From the human T2T-CHM13v2.0 reference genome, Homo sapiens, in assembly GCF_009914755.1 (NCBI RefSeq), contig NC_060925.1: a DNA stretch of 64,000 nt, one strand, 5' to 3'. A model generated the notes under the pieces. It made no database searches. It saw only the letters and a program-made list of their open reading frames with translations, and was not told the DNA's origin. Each line of letters opens with the position of its first letter. Position 1 is the first letter of the stretch. Below, one piece after another: positions 13,756 to 27,019 of this stretch. Both the position numbers and the translations under genes were made by a program.

Positions 13756-14030
13756 CAGAGTTTCTCAGCCTCAGCACTGTTGGCATTTTGAGATGGATAA
13801 TTTTTTGTTGTGAGGCCATCCTGTGCGTGCCTACCATCATCCCTGGCCTCCATCTCCTAGATGCTAGGAGCACCCTTCCCGCAAGTTGTAACAACCAAAA
13901 ATCTCCCGGCAATGCCAAACATCCCCTGGGGATGGGGCACAGTGGAGCACGGGGTGGGTGGGTGGGTTACGGGGAGGTGGGAGTGTCGATGGGGGCGGGG
14001 CAGGGAATTATCCCTGGCTGAGAAACACTG
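13756..14030 (-). mobile_element. MER20 (hAT-Charlie MITE) with internal G-rich insert
   Basis: TIRs cagagtttctcagcc / ggctgagaaacactg (14/15 match); body 'gcactgttggcattttg...ctagatgctaggagcacc...gttgtaacaaccaaaaat'; degraded 8-bp TSD ttctgggt / tgctagat. Confidence 0.88.
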
Positions 14031-14625
14031 TGCTAGATAGATCATCCACAAAAGGAGAGAACAGGGGCCCGATGGAAACTGCCAACCTTGGGAATTGGAC
14101 AGCTTCCCCTACACTGGGAATGGGGGACCCATGAGATTCCAGGAACCACAGTTGGTTCCTCCTTGTTATGTGCTGGGCCACAACCAAAACACAGGTTTCC
14201 TTTCCCAGGATCCTCCTGGCTTAGCACGGTCTCTAGTCCTTCCAAGATGGCAGCAGTGTGTAGAGGGAAGGCAGTCTTGGAGCTCTCAGAGTCATTTGGG
14301 GTGCTGACTTCCTCGGTCCCGAATGCCTGCCTGCAGGCTTCTGCCTGGTTCCCTGGCTGGGTCCGTGGGCCAGTGATTTCTAGCCTCCCTCTCCACCCCA
14401 GGGCTGCTCTTGGCTGCCCCCTTGCTGTCAGGAGCCCCTACTGCAGCAAGACACAGATCAAATCTGTGGGAAGTTTGCTCCTTGTTAGGATAACGTTTGA
14501 CAAACTGCTTAAAGCATCCCCCAAATCCCCTCAATGTCTTTAGTCCTCTGAGGCTGAATCTTCCAGTAAAGATGACATCCTTTTTAGATCTCTGCTCCCT
14601 CCTTGTCAGAAAGTTGTACTCTATG

Positions 14626-14998
<373 letters not shown>

Positions 14999-16874
14999 TC
15001 AAAATTGTCCTGCACTTTACAGAAGCTCCTGCTTCACTGAGTCCTTATAAGTGAGTGACATTTTGCAAATACATTGGACTTCCCATTGGTTCCTCCCCAA
15101 CAGCCACTGGCAACTGGCCAGGCCCAGAAATCCAGATGTGTCCTCTCCATCTGCTAAGTCCTGCCAGACATATGAAGGATGCTTTCTCTTTATCCTTTTC
15201 TGTCAGGAGTGTCTGGTAATCCCACTCCTAAACAACCCTGAACATCCCTGCATTTCTGCCAAGCTCTCTAAGGCATTCCAAACTCAGGGCATGCTGTCTC
15301 CATCACTGTTGGTTTGTTTGGTGTCCTGTAATGCACGCACATTCTCATCTTCCCAAATGTCTTATGTGCAACCATAGATGGAATTACATATGGACTCTTG
15401 GACTTGGGAATAATGCCATGAATTAACATTCTCTTCTAAAATGAATTAATATTTTCCCCTAAAACATTTGTTTATAGAGAATCTTTCTAAAGTGCTCTCT
15501 CAAAAAGTCCTGTAACTCTCTTCCAGGGATTCCTTTTTTCACAGCCCATTGATGAAGAGAAAACACGTTTCTCGTTGCTTGAGGTTTCCCTATCAATTTC
15601 TCTGTACAGTCCTCAAGTTCTGGGATCGCCAAAGTCCAGTGGGTTCTTCTGCCTCGGAGACTGCCAGCTGAGGCGTGTCAGAGGTCATCCTCCTGCGTCC
15701 CAGTTTTTATGTCATGGTAAGTACCAGCAAAAGGCCTGTGTTGGTTGAGTGATGGCCTATCTCTCTCTGCCCATTGCTAATTGGGGTGCACAGAGAATGT
15801 ATGCGGAGACTGGCAAGATGCTGCCGCCTGTCTATGACCCGTGAAGGAAGGCTAACCCCGGACAGAGGGGAGACCTGGTCCCACTGCATGGCTCAGTTTG
15901 TCCAGAGATGCTGTGGTAATGCCTCACCATAGCAGGTCCACAACCTCTCAACCCCACCACCCACCCTGGGAAGTTTCAAGCTCCCACAACATACCCCAGG
16001 CAGGGTCATTCTCTGCACCTGGGCCACTGACATCAGGCCCCATCAGAATTTGTAAAGGAACATGGGCTAGGTCGTGGGCATAGAATGACTGAAACAATAG
16101 TGATTTCTATGTTCAAGATACTTCTTCCTTCATTTGCCTAGACCTCTTTGAGGTTTCACTGGCCTCAGAGAGAAGGCCTGGGATTACAGGATGGTAGCTT
16201 CCATAGAAGGGCCTTGGATCACAGGCAGGTTTGAACCTATGATTTCTTGGGCCTGTCTTGCTCTGGCCTTGGGCAGAGAACCACCCCCATTACTCACACA
16301 TTGTGCCCCAATCCCACCCACTGAGAGGCCCTGGGACCTGGCTGGGAATCAGGAGCCCCACCCACCCCTCCCACCGGTGGGTAGAACATGCAAGCTGTTG
16401 TGTCACTCTGAGCTCAGTCCTGGCCTGTGTTCAGGGCTCTGGGCCAAGCCTCCAGGGGTTCAGTAAGCTGCAGACTCCCCCAGGGCCCTGGGAGTGGAGC
16501 ACTGTCCTGGGCATCTGCCTGGTTACTCCTCTCACCTCCACAGCTTTGGCTTCATTTACATCACCCTGAATCTTGTTCTGAAAAATCTTTTACAGTAGGA
16601 AGGAACCCAGCCAGGGGACCTCTCTGGCCAGGGGCCAAACTCCAAATCAGAGCATTCAGAAGACTCTGCTGCTCACATCCAACCTGCTTCCCCTCTGGCC
16701 TGTGGACAATGACTCCTGAGGATCAAACCCACAAGGGAGTGTATTTCTCAGCCTTGGACTGGCCTTGTTCAGGTTTTCTCCTCTCTCCCTACACCCTCCA
16801 CTCCCCCAGCATAGAGGTTCTAGCTGCCCAGGGCGGGCACTACACAGATGGACTAATTGGGACTGGCACCCATG

Positions 16875-17530
16875 GGTGTGAAAATCGTCAACTATCTATA
16901 CTGATTAATGGGTTAGTGTCAACCTGGAGAAGAGTTTAAAGACTGCCCTCAATGTCTGTTTTTAATGTCCTAAACCAGCATACACTTTCATGGGGGGCAG
17001 CATCTGTGCCAGGTGCTGTGTATAGCACATTCACAGAATCCATCTCTCTGCGGCCTGAGTAAAGACATCCAGGGCAGACAGAGCAGGAGGCCAGGAGGGG
17101 CAGCAAGGAGGCCAGGAGCTAGAATCAGGACATGAGAAGACCTTACTGGCTGGAGCAATTGGACAAAATAGAATGTTCTGGGGACCCAGGGCAAATCCTG
17201 GACTTCTGGCAACACAGTGAACGGAGCTGATACAAAAGGGCCTCCCACCTCCCACAGCCACATAGATATGAAGATTGCAAACACATAGTTGAGATTAAAA
17301 GAAAGAACTGGGATCCCCAGGCCTCTGGTAGAGACCCCAAAGCCAAAGCTATAAGCAGAAACAGAGAGTACAGTGGTCCCAGGTGTCTTGGACCTAGTGA
17401 CTTGGGGGGGCTGGGATTTTAATAATCCCAGGGGCTGCACTGTGGCCTTCTGCCTGCACAAGGTAAGAGCATCAAGGGTCAAGGAAAACTATTTCCATCA
17501 GTTCAAGGAAGCATCAGACAGATTTCTAGG
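16875..17530 (+). mobile_element. Highly degraded L3/CR1 relic with a MIR-like piece
   Basis: 'ctgattaatgggttagtgtcaacctggagaagagt' resembles the L3 RT region. Confidence 0.4.
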
Positions 17531-18002
17531 CCCATGGATGGAAATAAATTGTAAGTCATCTGCAAGAAATCAGAATCCTAGGTGACTCTTCCGTGTAGGT
17601 CTGAATTTATATTCCCTAGGTGGTGGAGGAGCCCCAGGCTGCCCCCCGCCCCCACATACACACCCAGAATGATCGGAAATATAAAAGACATTCCACAATC
17701 CATGAGACAATCTGAATATCCACTAACAGGAGAACTACTACATTACAGTATCCGCATACAACATTTAGAATGCATGATATATAGCTATATGTATCAACAT
17801 GGATAAATTTCTTTAAAAAACACAATTTTGAGTAAAAGGAAGCAAATTGAAAAGAAGTAAAAAGGATGATGCTTGTTCTTGTTTATGTTTTCTACATGAA
17901 TTTTACAATTTCCTTGCCCAGTTCCCCATTCTCCTTCTCGCCCCCACAAAAAGAGCTATTGGTTTTTTTATGAGGATAACATTAAGCTTAAAAATTAACT
18001 TA

Positions 18003-18157
18003 GGCCAGGTGCAGTGGATCATGCCTGTAATCCCAGCACTTAGGGAGGTAGAGGTGGGAGGATCACTTAAGCCCAGGAGTTTGAGACCAGCCTGGGCAAC
18101 ATAGCAAGACCCTGTTTTCCACAAGAAGAAAAAACAAAAACAAAAACAAGAAAAGAA
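18003..18157 (+). mobile_element. FLAM_C-like free left Alu monomer
   Basis: Single left monomer, A-rich tail, TSD aaaaattaactta (17990-18002 / 18158-18170). Confidence 0.88.
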
Positions 18158-18375
18158 AAAAATTAACTTAGAAAAAAATTAACTTGGGGGAAAATGAAAT
18201 AGTTATGGGGTCAAATTTTCTAATTCAAGAATATAGCAGACTGCCATTTGTTCAAGATTGTTTTAGTAGCCTTCCAAGCAGTTAAAGGTAGGTTTTTTGT
18301 TAAGTTTTGCTTTGTTTTTCATATATGCCTTGGACATTTCTTGTTAAATTTATTCCTAGGTGTTTTATCTTTTTG

Positions 18376-18593
18376 TTAATTTTGTAGCTAAGTTTATTTC
18401 TTCCATTATATCCCGTTATATTCATATATATATAAACAACTGGTCGTTTGTATGAATATAATGAAGGATGTAATGGAAGAAACAAACTTATCTACAAAAT
18501 TAAAGGATATAATGGAGGATACAAGTTCATTTCTTCCATTATATCTTCCATTACATTCATATAAACAACTGGTTGTTTATATATATATATGAA
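18376..18593. repeat. Nested inverted and direct repeat (fold-back palindrome)
   Basis: Arms 18376-18440 and 18443-18503 are reverse complements (53/59 aligned identities, 2 gaps); near-direct copy at 18523-18593. Confidence 0.9.
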
Positions 18594-19841
18594 AGTTAAT
18601 GATTTATTTATGTTCATCTTGTACCCTGCTACCTTTCTGAATTTTCCTATTTTTGACAGTAGTTCCAAAGTATATCTTCCAAGGTTTTTCAGATATACAA
18701 TTATATCATCTGAGAATTATAACTTTATTTCTTCCTTTATAATTTTTATACTTCTCATTTCTTCCTCTTATTTAATTTCATTGGTTTCTTCCTCTAGTAC
18801 AATATTAAATAATAGTTTTGAAAGTGGGAATTCTTCTCTTGTTCCTGACTTTAGCAGGAAATCTTCCAGCATTTCCCCATTATTTATGATGCTGATTTTT
18901 TAGTTGAGAAAGATTTTTTCATCTTAAGGAAATATCCATCTATTCCTATTTTATTGAGTTTTTTAAAAATAAAAAACCAATGGTTCCTTTTCATAGATCA
19001 ATCATTTTAATATAACAAATAATTTAAATTGGTTTCTTGATGTTAAACCATCCTTGCATTCCTAGAATAAATTCCACTTAAGTATGATTTATTATACTTT
19101 TAAGTGCTATTAATTTTGTTGCTAATGCCTTATTTTGGATTTTAAAATTAATATTCATAAGTGAAATGAGTCTGGCATTTCCTTTTGGGTTCAGTCTTCA
19201 CTGGGATTTGTCTCTGATGTATTGCTTAATGTATTAAAATAATTTGGATTTTTTCTCTTCTTTTCAATGTTCTAGAGCTGAATCATTAATATTGGAATAT
19301 TGGAATTATTTGTTCTTTAATGCAGAAAAAAATTATTTGTAAAACCATTTGGCCTGGTGCCTTTTGGAAGATAGCTCTTTGACAACTTTCCCATGAATAT
19401 CAGTACATTTAAAATGCTTTATGTCTTCTGGAATCATTTTGGTAAATTATATTTTCTTAGATAATTTAATAGTCATTCTAGTTTTCAAATTTGTTTTTGT
19501 AGAGTTGAACGGTTTTCATGATTAATTTTGTCTCTGTGTTAATTCTTCTTTATTATTTCTATTTTGTGTATATTTGCCTTCTGATTTTTTTTATTAGGAA
19601 TAGAAACTAATCCATTTTATTGTCTTGTAAAATATTTTTTCAATTTTATTTATTCTATCCTTATTCCATTTTCTGTGTTTTCTAATTCATTACATTATTC
19701 TTGGTACTTTATTCACTTTTTCCTCTTTTTTCTTTAGGCTCATTTTGTGATTTTTTTTTTTAACTTTCCAGGTTGGATGCTTTGTTCTCATACTTGTTTA
19801 CTGAATTTAAGACCAAATATTTAAAACTATGCATTTTTTCT

Positions 19842-20509
19842 CTGGCATTTCTAGCTTTTTCCCACTACTTCTCCGTGATACCCCCATGCAGCAGGGGCTT
19901 TTTGTTATCTGATTTTGTCGTTATTTTCTACCTAATTGAATTATGATCTGAAAATAATCTCTGTACTATATTTTTTGAGGGCAGAATTTATTGAGGGAAA
20001 AACTGCTACAGTTTTCCTTTAAGTGCCCATGGAAAATCTCTCTACATAACTCTCTGTGATATGTATATATGTGTGTGTATATACATATATATGTGTGTGT
20101 GTGCATATATGACACATACATTATACCTTGCTGATTATATTATTTAGATTATAATTTATTTATATTTACTTTTAATCCACTTAATCTGTCAAACAGAAAA
20201 AAGTAAAATCTTCTACTATTAGTATGTTTTTCTTTCTCCTTGCATTTCCCATAAGTTTTATTGTTTTTCATGTAGATTCTACTTTATTTGGTACATAGAT
20301 AGTTCATAACCTTTATATCTTCATTAAAGTTAAGTACATGTAACATAAGCATAATATTATAAATATACACATAAACATATATGATTGGAATTTGAAAGTT
20401 CTCTTCTTTGTCTCATTTAATGACTTTTTTTTCCCACTGGCATTTCCAGCTTATTCCCACTACTTCTCCATGACACCCTCAAGCAGCAGGGGCTTTTTGT
20501 TCTCTGATT
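19842..20509 (+). repeat. Dispersed 73-bp direct duplication (19842-19914 and 20437-20509)
   Basis: Ungapped alignment, 66/73 identical. Confidence 0.92.
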
Positions 20510-20565
20510 CTCGCTTTGTTTCATGTGAAGGTGGCAGTCCCAGCACCTAGGCCTTACCATTTCTA

Positions 20566-20921
20566 TTACCCTAGTTTCTGACGGCTGCCAAAACAAAACA
20601 CTACAAACTGGGTGACTGAAAACAACAGAAATCTAGCAGTCGCAGTTTTGGAGCTTAGAAGTCTGAAGTCAAGGTATCAGCAAGGCCATGCTCTCTCTGA
20701 TGACTCTAGAGATGAATCCCTCCTTGCTCTTCCAGCTTCTGGTGTTTGCCAGTGATCCTTGGTGTTCCTTGGCTTCTAGATGCATCACTCCAGTCACATG
20801 GCTGCCTTCTCCCTGTGTTTCTCTTTATATCATCTTCCCTCAATGCATGTCTGTTTCCAATGGACTGTGGGTTAGGACTTCACCATATCTTTTTTTAGGG
20901 CACGCAATTCAACCCACAGCA
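20566..20921 (-). mobile_element. MLT1B/C-like MaLR solo LTR, internally deleted
   Basis: 'acaaactgggtgactgaaaacaacagaaat...agaagtctgaagtcaaggtatcagcaaggcc...caattcaacccaca'. Confidence 0.85.
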
Positions 20922-20924
20922 CCA

Positions 20925-21251
20925 CCCCGAGTCTGCTGGGGCAAGATGACAGAATGGTTACCAGAATCTGAAGACAGGATAGCTCTGTGGAAAGGGCTTC
21001 CCTAGAAAACACTGGCTTCTCTAAAGGGATTCAGGCCAAGCAGGTGACCAAATAGGGAAGAAGCAGAGGAATAAATAACCCTACATCACTTTCTTCCCCC
21101 TCTAGTTTCTCCCAACATGTAACATTGGGAAGCAGAGGACAGAGGGTAGTCCAATGAGGCAATTCACATGGGTCAGCTTCCCCAAGGCACAGGTCAGTCT
21201 GGAGCAGGATGGACGGAGGATATGAAGGGCAAACAGAAGTTCTCCAACATA
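20925..21251 (-). mobile_element. ERVL LTR fragment (LTR33/LTR41-like)
   Basis: 'ggtcagcttccccaaggcacagg...gaagggcaaacagaag'. Confidence 0.5.
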
Positions 21252-21498
21252 CTCACAATTTCCAAGTGCTCTGGGACAACTTTTTTCTCATGCATGTTCT
21301 TTATGTGTTAGTAAGTGATCTTTTGCTCTTTTTCATAGAACATCTTTGTATTGATGACATGTCAATTCCTTTGTATTACTCATTAGGGAATTAGTTCAGT
21401 TTCCTGAAAGAATCTTTCTCCCTGGGGAAAGAGGGTCAATAAACAGGTAGGTTCAAAGCAATGTTCCAGTGGTTGTTTTCACAACACAAATATTCTTC

Positions 21499-21820
21499 TT
21501 TTTTTTTTTTTTGAGGCAGAGTCTCGCTCTGTTGCCCAGGCTGGAGTATAGTGGCATGATCTTGGCTTGCTTGCTGCAAGCTCTGCCTCCTGAGTTGACA
21601 CCATTCTCCTGCCTCAGCCTCCCGAGTAGCTGGGACCACAGGCGCCAGCCACCACACCCGGCTAATTTTTTTGTATTTTTAGTAGAGACAAGGTTTCACT
21701 GTGTTAGCCAGGATGTTCTCAACGTGTTAGCCAGGATGGTCTCGATCTCCTGACCTTGTGATCCACCCACCTTGGCCTCCCAAAGTACTGGGATTACAGG
21801 CATGAGCCACTGCGCCCAGC
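21499..21820 (-). mobile_element. AluY-like with internal 23-bp tandem duplication
   Basis: Y-type 'ctgcaagctc', 'ccattctcc', 'gtgttagccaggatggtctcgatctcc'; TSD aaatattctt / aaatagtctt. Confidence 0.93.
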
Positions 21821-22489
21821 AAATAGTCTTATTCTCTACTGCCACAGAGACAGACTGCTTCCTGCAAATATGGCTGTCTGTGTGATTCTTCCTGTAGCTG
21901 CATCTCCTTTGCTTCTTTGAACATACTAGATCCAGAGAAACTACTATTTCCACCTCAGCTCACTGCCTTTCCTATACTCATGGTTATAAACAAGAGATCT
22001 GCACACTGCTTTTGTACCTTAGATCGTGACATTTGCCCTCATAAAATTAATTTTTTTCAAAGACTTTTGAGATCTCCCAGCAATGAGTCTTCTTATTGCT
22101 AAGACTTCTCTGTTCAGTTTTTTGTCTCCTCTTTGTTCATCGAAATGCTGCTTGGTCTCAGCTGGATTTGGCAGCCCTTTCACATAAATTAGAGTCTGGT
22201 GATTAAAACTGCCCTGTAGTTTCAATAAAAAGTGAAATTTACAGACTTTTATTTTTCTCCTTGTTGCTTTTCAATGCTTTCCTGGAGGAAAGGGAGAGAA
22301 TGTTGCTTTATACAGCCACATAAATGAAGTCTTTTCCAATTGTTAAATAGTTATGATAGATTCAAATTGCTCTTAAAAGATTATTAGACCAAATCAAATA
22401 TATCTGTGAGTCACATTCAGCCCATGGTATGGGGCTTCTTCATTAAGGCATAGTGGTCAGTCACAAAGCTTTGCAGATGGCCAATCCAG

Positions 22490-22933
22490 TAGGGTGGACT
22501 GAAAGGTGCACCACCCCCAAAAAGATATGTCCACCGGGCATCTGTGAATGTGACTTCATTTGGAAGAAGGGTCTTTGCAGGTGTAGTTAAGGATCTAGAG
22601 ATGAGATCATCTTGGGTTATTCAAGTGGGCCCTAAATCCAGTGGCAAGTGTCCTTCAAAGAAGAGGAGAATACAGGCACACAGAGGAGAAAGCAACATGA
22701 AGACAGAGCACACGTGGGAGTGACACATCTATAGGACGAGAAATATTGTCAGTCACTGGAAGCCAGAAAAGGCAAGAAGCCGATACTCTCCTAGACTCTC
22801 CAGAAGGAACCAACCCTGCTGACACCTTGATCCCAGAGCTCTGGTTTCCAGAACTATGAAGGAATACACTTCTGTTGTTTGAAGCCACCCAGTTTGTGGT
22901 CATTTGTTGCAGCATTCGCAGGAAACTAACACA
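22490..22933 (+). mobile_element. MLT1C-like solo LTR inserted into a MIR
   Basis: 'ctgtgaatgtgacttcatttggaagaagggtctttgcag...aagccacccagtttgtgg...ggaaactaacaca'; TSD tccag / cccag; MIR sequence on both sides. Confidence 0.88.
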
Positions 22934-23129
22934 CCCAGTTTCAATCCTGCCTTCGCCACGTTCAAGCTATGTGACCTTGAGCAAGTCTCGAGATGCAGAG
23001 GAAGGAGGCGGCTGGAAGAGCACGACTGAATTCAAATCTCTGCAGGGTTATGATGGGACAGCAGGAGTGCCTGTGTCATGTGTGGCCACAGAGGACAGGG
23101 CTAAAACCGGGATGCCAGTTTGGGCTTCA

Positions 23130-23745
<616 letters not shown>

Positions 23746-24475
23746 CCTTTTAATTTGGTGGTGGTGTTTTTTCATGTCATTGTAGACTGTTCTTGACCAG
23801 GAGGTGGACTAAATGTAGGGAATCCACAAACCCCACACAAGTTGATATGTATGTGTGCTTTTCCGCAGAGTGGATCCACAGCGGTCTCCCAAGTCTCAAA
23901 GGGAGCAGTGACCCTGAAAACCACAAAATGTTGCGCAGAGGGAATTGGATTCTGCGTCCCAAGAGACTCCTTCCAACCTGGAACTGAATGACATGGAGCA
24001 GATGCTGCTGTAGCCCAATGTGTGTCCAGGACAAAATGAGTCTGGGTGTCCTGTGGGGGCGCAGGGATACCTCCCGCTACATTCTCCTCTCTGTTCTCTC
24101 CTGCCTGTGAGCTGCAGGCAAATTTCGGTGGGGGAAGCAGCGAGAGAAGAAAAAAGCAATGTGCAATTTTGATGCACAAGGGGCAATTTCTAAAGACAAT
24201 TCTTGGTGACCATAAACGCCCACCACCTCCGGCGGCTCCACCTGAAACCCAAGGAGCATCATTTTCCATTCTCGCTTCTGAGATAATAAGTTGGAGAGAA
24301 GCTTCATATTTCAAATCAAAACTATTTTCCAACTAGAGGAAGAGTGGAAACTTTTCAGGCAAATTTCATATGCAGTAACACAATTTCCTCCTGTTCCACT
24401 TCTTTTTTCACCTAATACATGATAAATATTCAAGATCTCCTTGAGGGAGCATGAGCGGAGAGCGGGGAGGCATAA

Positions 24476-24975
<500 letters not shown>

Positions 24976-25240
24976 GAAAATTATGTATTATCTTAATGGC
25001 TATGAACAGTGTTCACTGGGAAAATGCCTTGAAGAGGTACTTGGGATAGACGATGAGACTTAACACAGAGATTATTAGTGACTTGGGGGGGATCCCAGGC
25101 CAGGGGACAGGGATAAGGGGACACAAGAGAGGCAACCCTCACCAATGGAATCTGTGGGCTCCAGCCACATGGTAGAAGGTTGATGATAAATAAATGGTGG
25201 CCTGTGGTTGGGAGCACAGAGGGCATCTCTCTGTTAAGAG

Positions 25241-25428
25241 ATAACAATAGCTAGCTTCTCTCTACTGGGCACTTGCCATGTGCCTAGCACTGAACTAATG
25301 CTTTACGTGCACCACCACATTTAATCCTCATAGCACTGCTATGAGGTAGGAACTATCATTATTCCCATTTTACAAAGAAACCAGAGTTCAGGGAGCTTAC
25401 ATAAATTGCCTGAGATCACACTGCTAAC
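25241..25428 (-). mobile_element. MIR
   Basis: 'catttaatcctcatagcactgctatgaggtagg...cccattttacaaag'. Confidence 0.8.
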
Positions 25429-25431
25429 AAA

Positions 25432-26098
25432 GTAAAACACAAAATACCACTACACATTCTATAGAATGGTACAATTAAAAAGACTCACCATATCAAGTAT
25501 TGGTAAGAACTAGAGCATCTGGAAGTCTCATATATTGCTGATGAACATATGGCGCAATCACTTTGGAAAACTGGCAGTTTCTAATAAATTTAAACACATA
25601 CTTACCCTATTACTCAGAATTCCACTCCTAGGTATTTACCAAAGAAAAATTAGTGTATGTATGTCCACAAAAAGTGTGCAAGAATGCTCATAGCTGCTTT
25701 ACTCATAAGAACCCCAAACTAGAAAACTCCATCAACAGGCAAGTGGATAAATACCCTGGGTGCATACACATAAGGGAAAATTGCTTAGCAATAAAAAGGA
25801 GCAAACTAGTCATACTTCCAGCATGGATGCATCTCAAAATCAACACGCTGAGCAATAGAAGCCAGATGCAGAGTGAGTACCATGTATTTCCAATGGCAAG
25901 AAGCAGACTCCTGGTTGCCCCAGGCTGGGGTGGGCAGGGACCACTTGCAAAGGGCAATGAGGGTGGTGGAAATGTTCTATGTCTTAATAGTGGTGGTAGT
26001 TACATAGGTGGAGACATCTGTCAAAACCCATCTAATGAACACTCAAAATGGTTAAATTTATAACATAAATTATACCTCGGTAAGGTTGTCTTTACAAA
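25432..26098 (+). mobile_element. L1ME-like 3' fragment
   Basis: 'attccactcctaggtatttacc', 'ggaaatgttctatgtcttaatagtggtggtagttac', 'aaattatacctc'. Confidence 0.8.
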
Positions 26099-26608
26099 AA
26101 TCTGAAGTCCTTACACCACGGCCTGTACGTTCCAACATCCCTCCTGCCTCCACCTCTCCCTCCACTCTCCCCTTTGGCCTTCTATTCTGGCCACACCAGT
26201 CTCCTTGCTGTTCATCAAATTGTCCAGGCACATCTCCCTCTCTAGGGCTTTGTCTGTGCTGTCCCCACCACCTGCAATGCTCTCCCCACAATGTCCACGT
26301 GACTCACTCTCTCACCTCTTGCAGATCTCTGTTCAAAAGTTACCCAGCAGTGTGGTCTTCCCTGACCCCAGCCCCCGCATAAAATAACACCCACTGCATA
26401 CTTCCCTGGTCCTTTACCCTGCTTTCTTCTCTATAGCACTTATCACATCCTGGCATATTATACTTGTATTCATTTACTGTCTGTCTCCCTTTCTAGAGTA
26501 AGCCCCATGAGAGCTGGAACTCTGTTTCACCGGGCAGTGCTACTTTGAGGTCTAGAACAATCCCTGGCATGTGGTAGACCCTCAGTCATTCCACAGAATG
26601 AATGAATT
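26099..26608 (+). mobile_element. L2a 3' fragment
   Basis: 'ggccacaccagtctccttgctgttc...tagcacttatcac...gaatgaatgaat'. Confidence 0.85.
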
Positions 26609-27019
26609 AAGCCCTTCCTATCCTGCTTTCCTTCCCTTTTCCCCACTGATCTTCCCTTAAAAAAAAAAAAAAGAAAAATCATTTAATACCAAAAAGATCT
26701 CTTTCAGAGATATCCCCACTCTAACACAAAACAGTCTTTTCTTCTGAAAATAACAATAATATAGAATATTTTACTTCTCAGCTTCTATCATTTGCATTTG
26801 GGGATTTCACCAATACTCAGTAATACTCCAAGAACACGGAGTGGATATTTGTCCTACGTTTGTATAACTGAAGGACATCCAAAACAAAGAACCATTTTTT
26901 CCAAGGTGACTTCTGTCTTTAACACCAGAGACTGGTAGGAACTTAAATCTGCTAGCAACTTAAAAAAAAATGCAGTGTCTCTACAATACTTTTGTTCTGC
27001 CTCACTGATCACCCTTCTA

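Larger units (their letters stand above)
17940..20425 (-). mobile_element. Ancient L1M (L1ME-like) ORF2 relic
   Basis: Minus-strand peptide 'KKIKHLGINLTRNVQ' matches L1 ORF2 '[15 protein letters not shown]'; T-rich antisense ORF2 texture. Confidence 0.8.

Noticed and set aside
21960-22330. Several (C/T)ATAAA posterior-HOX-like motifs
   Set aside because: Adequately explained by local AT richness.
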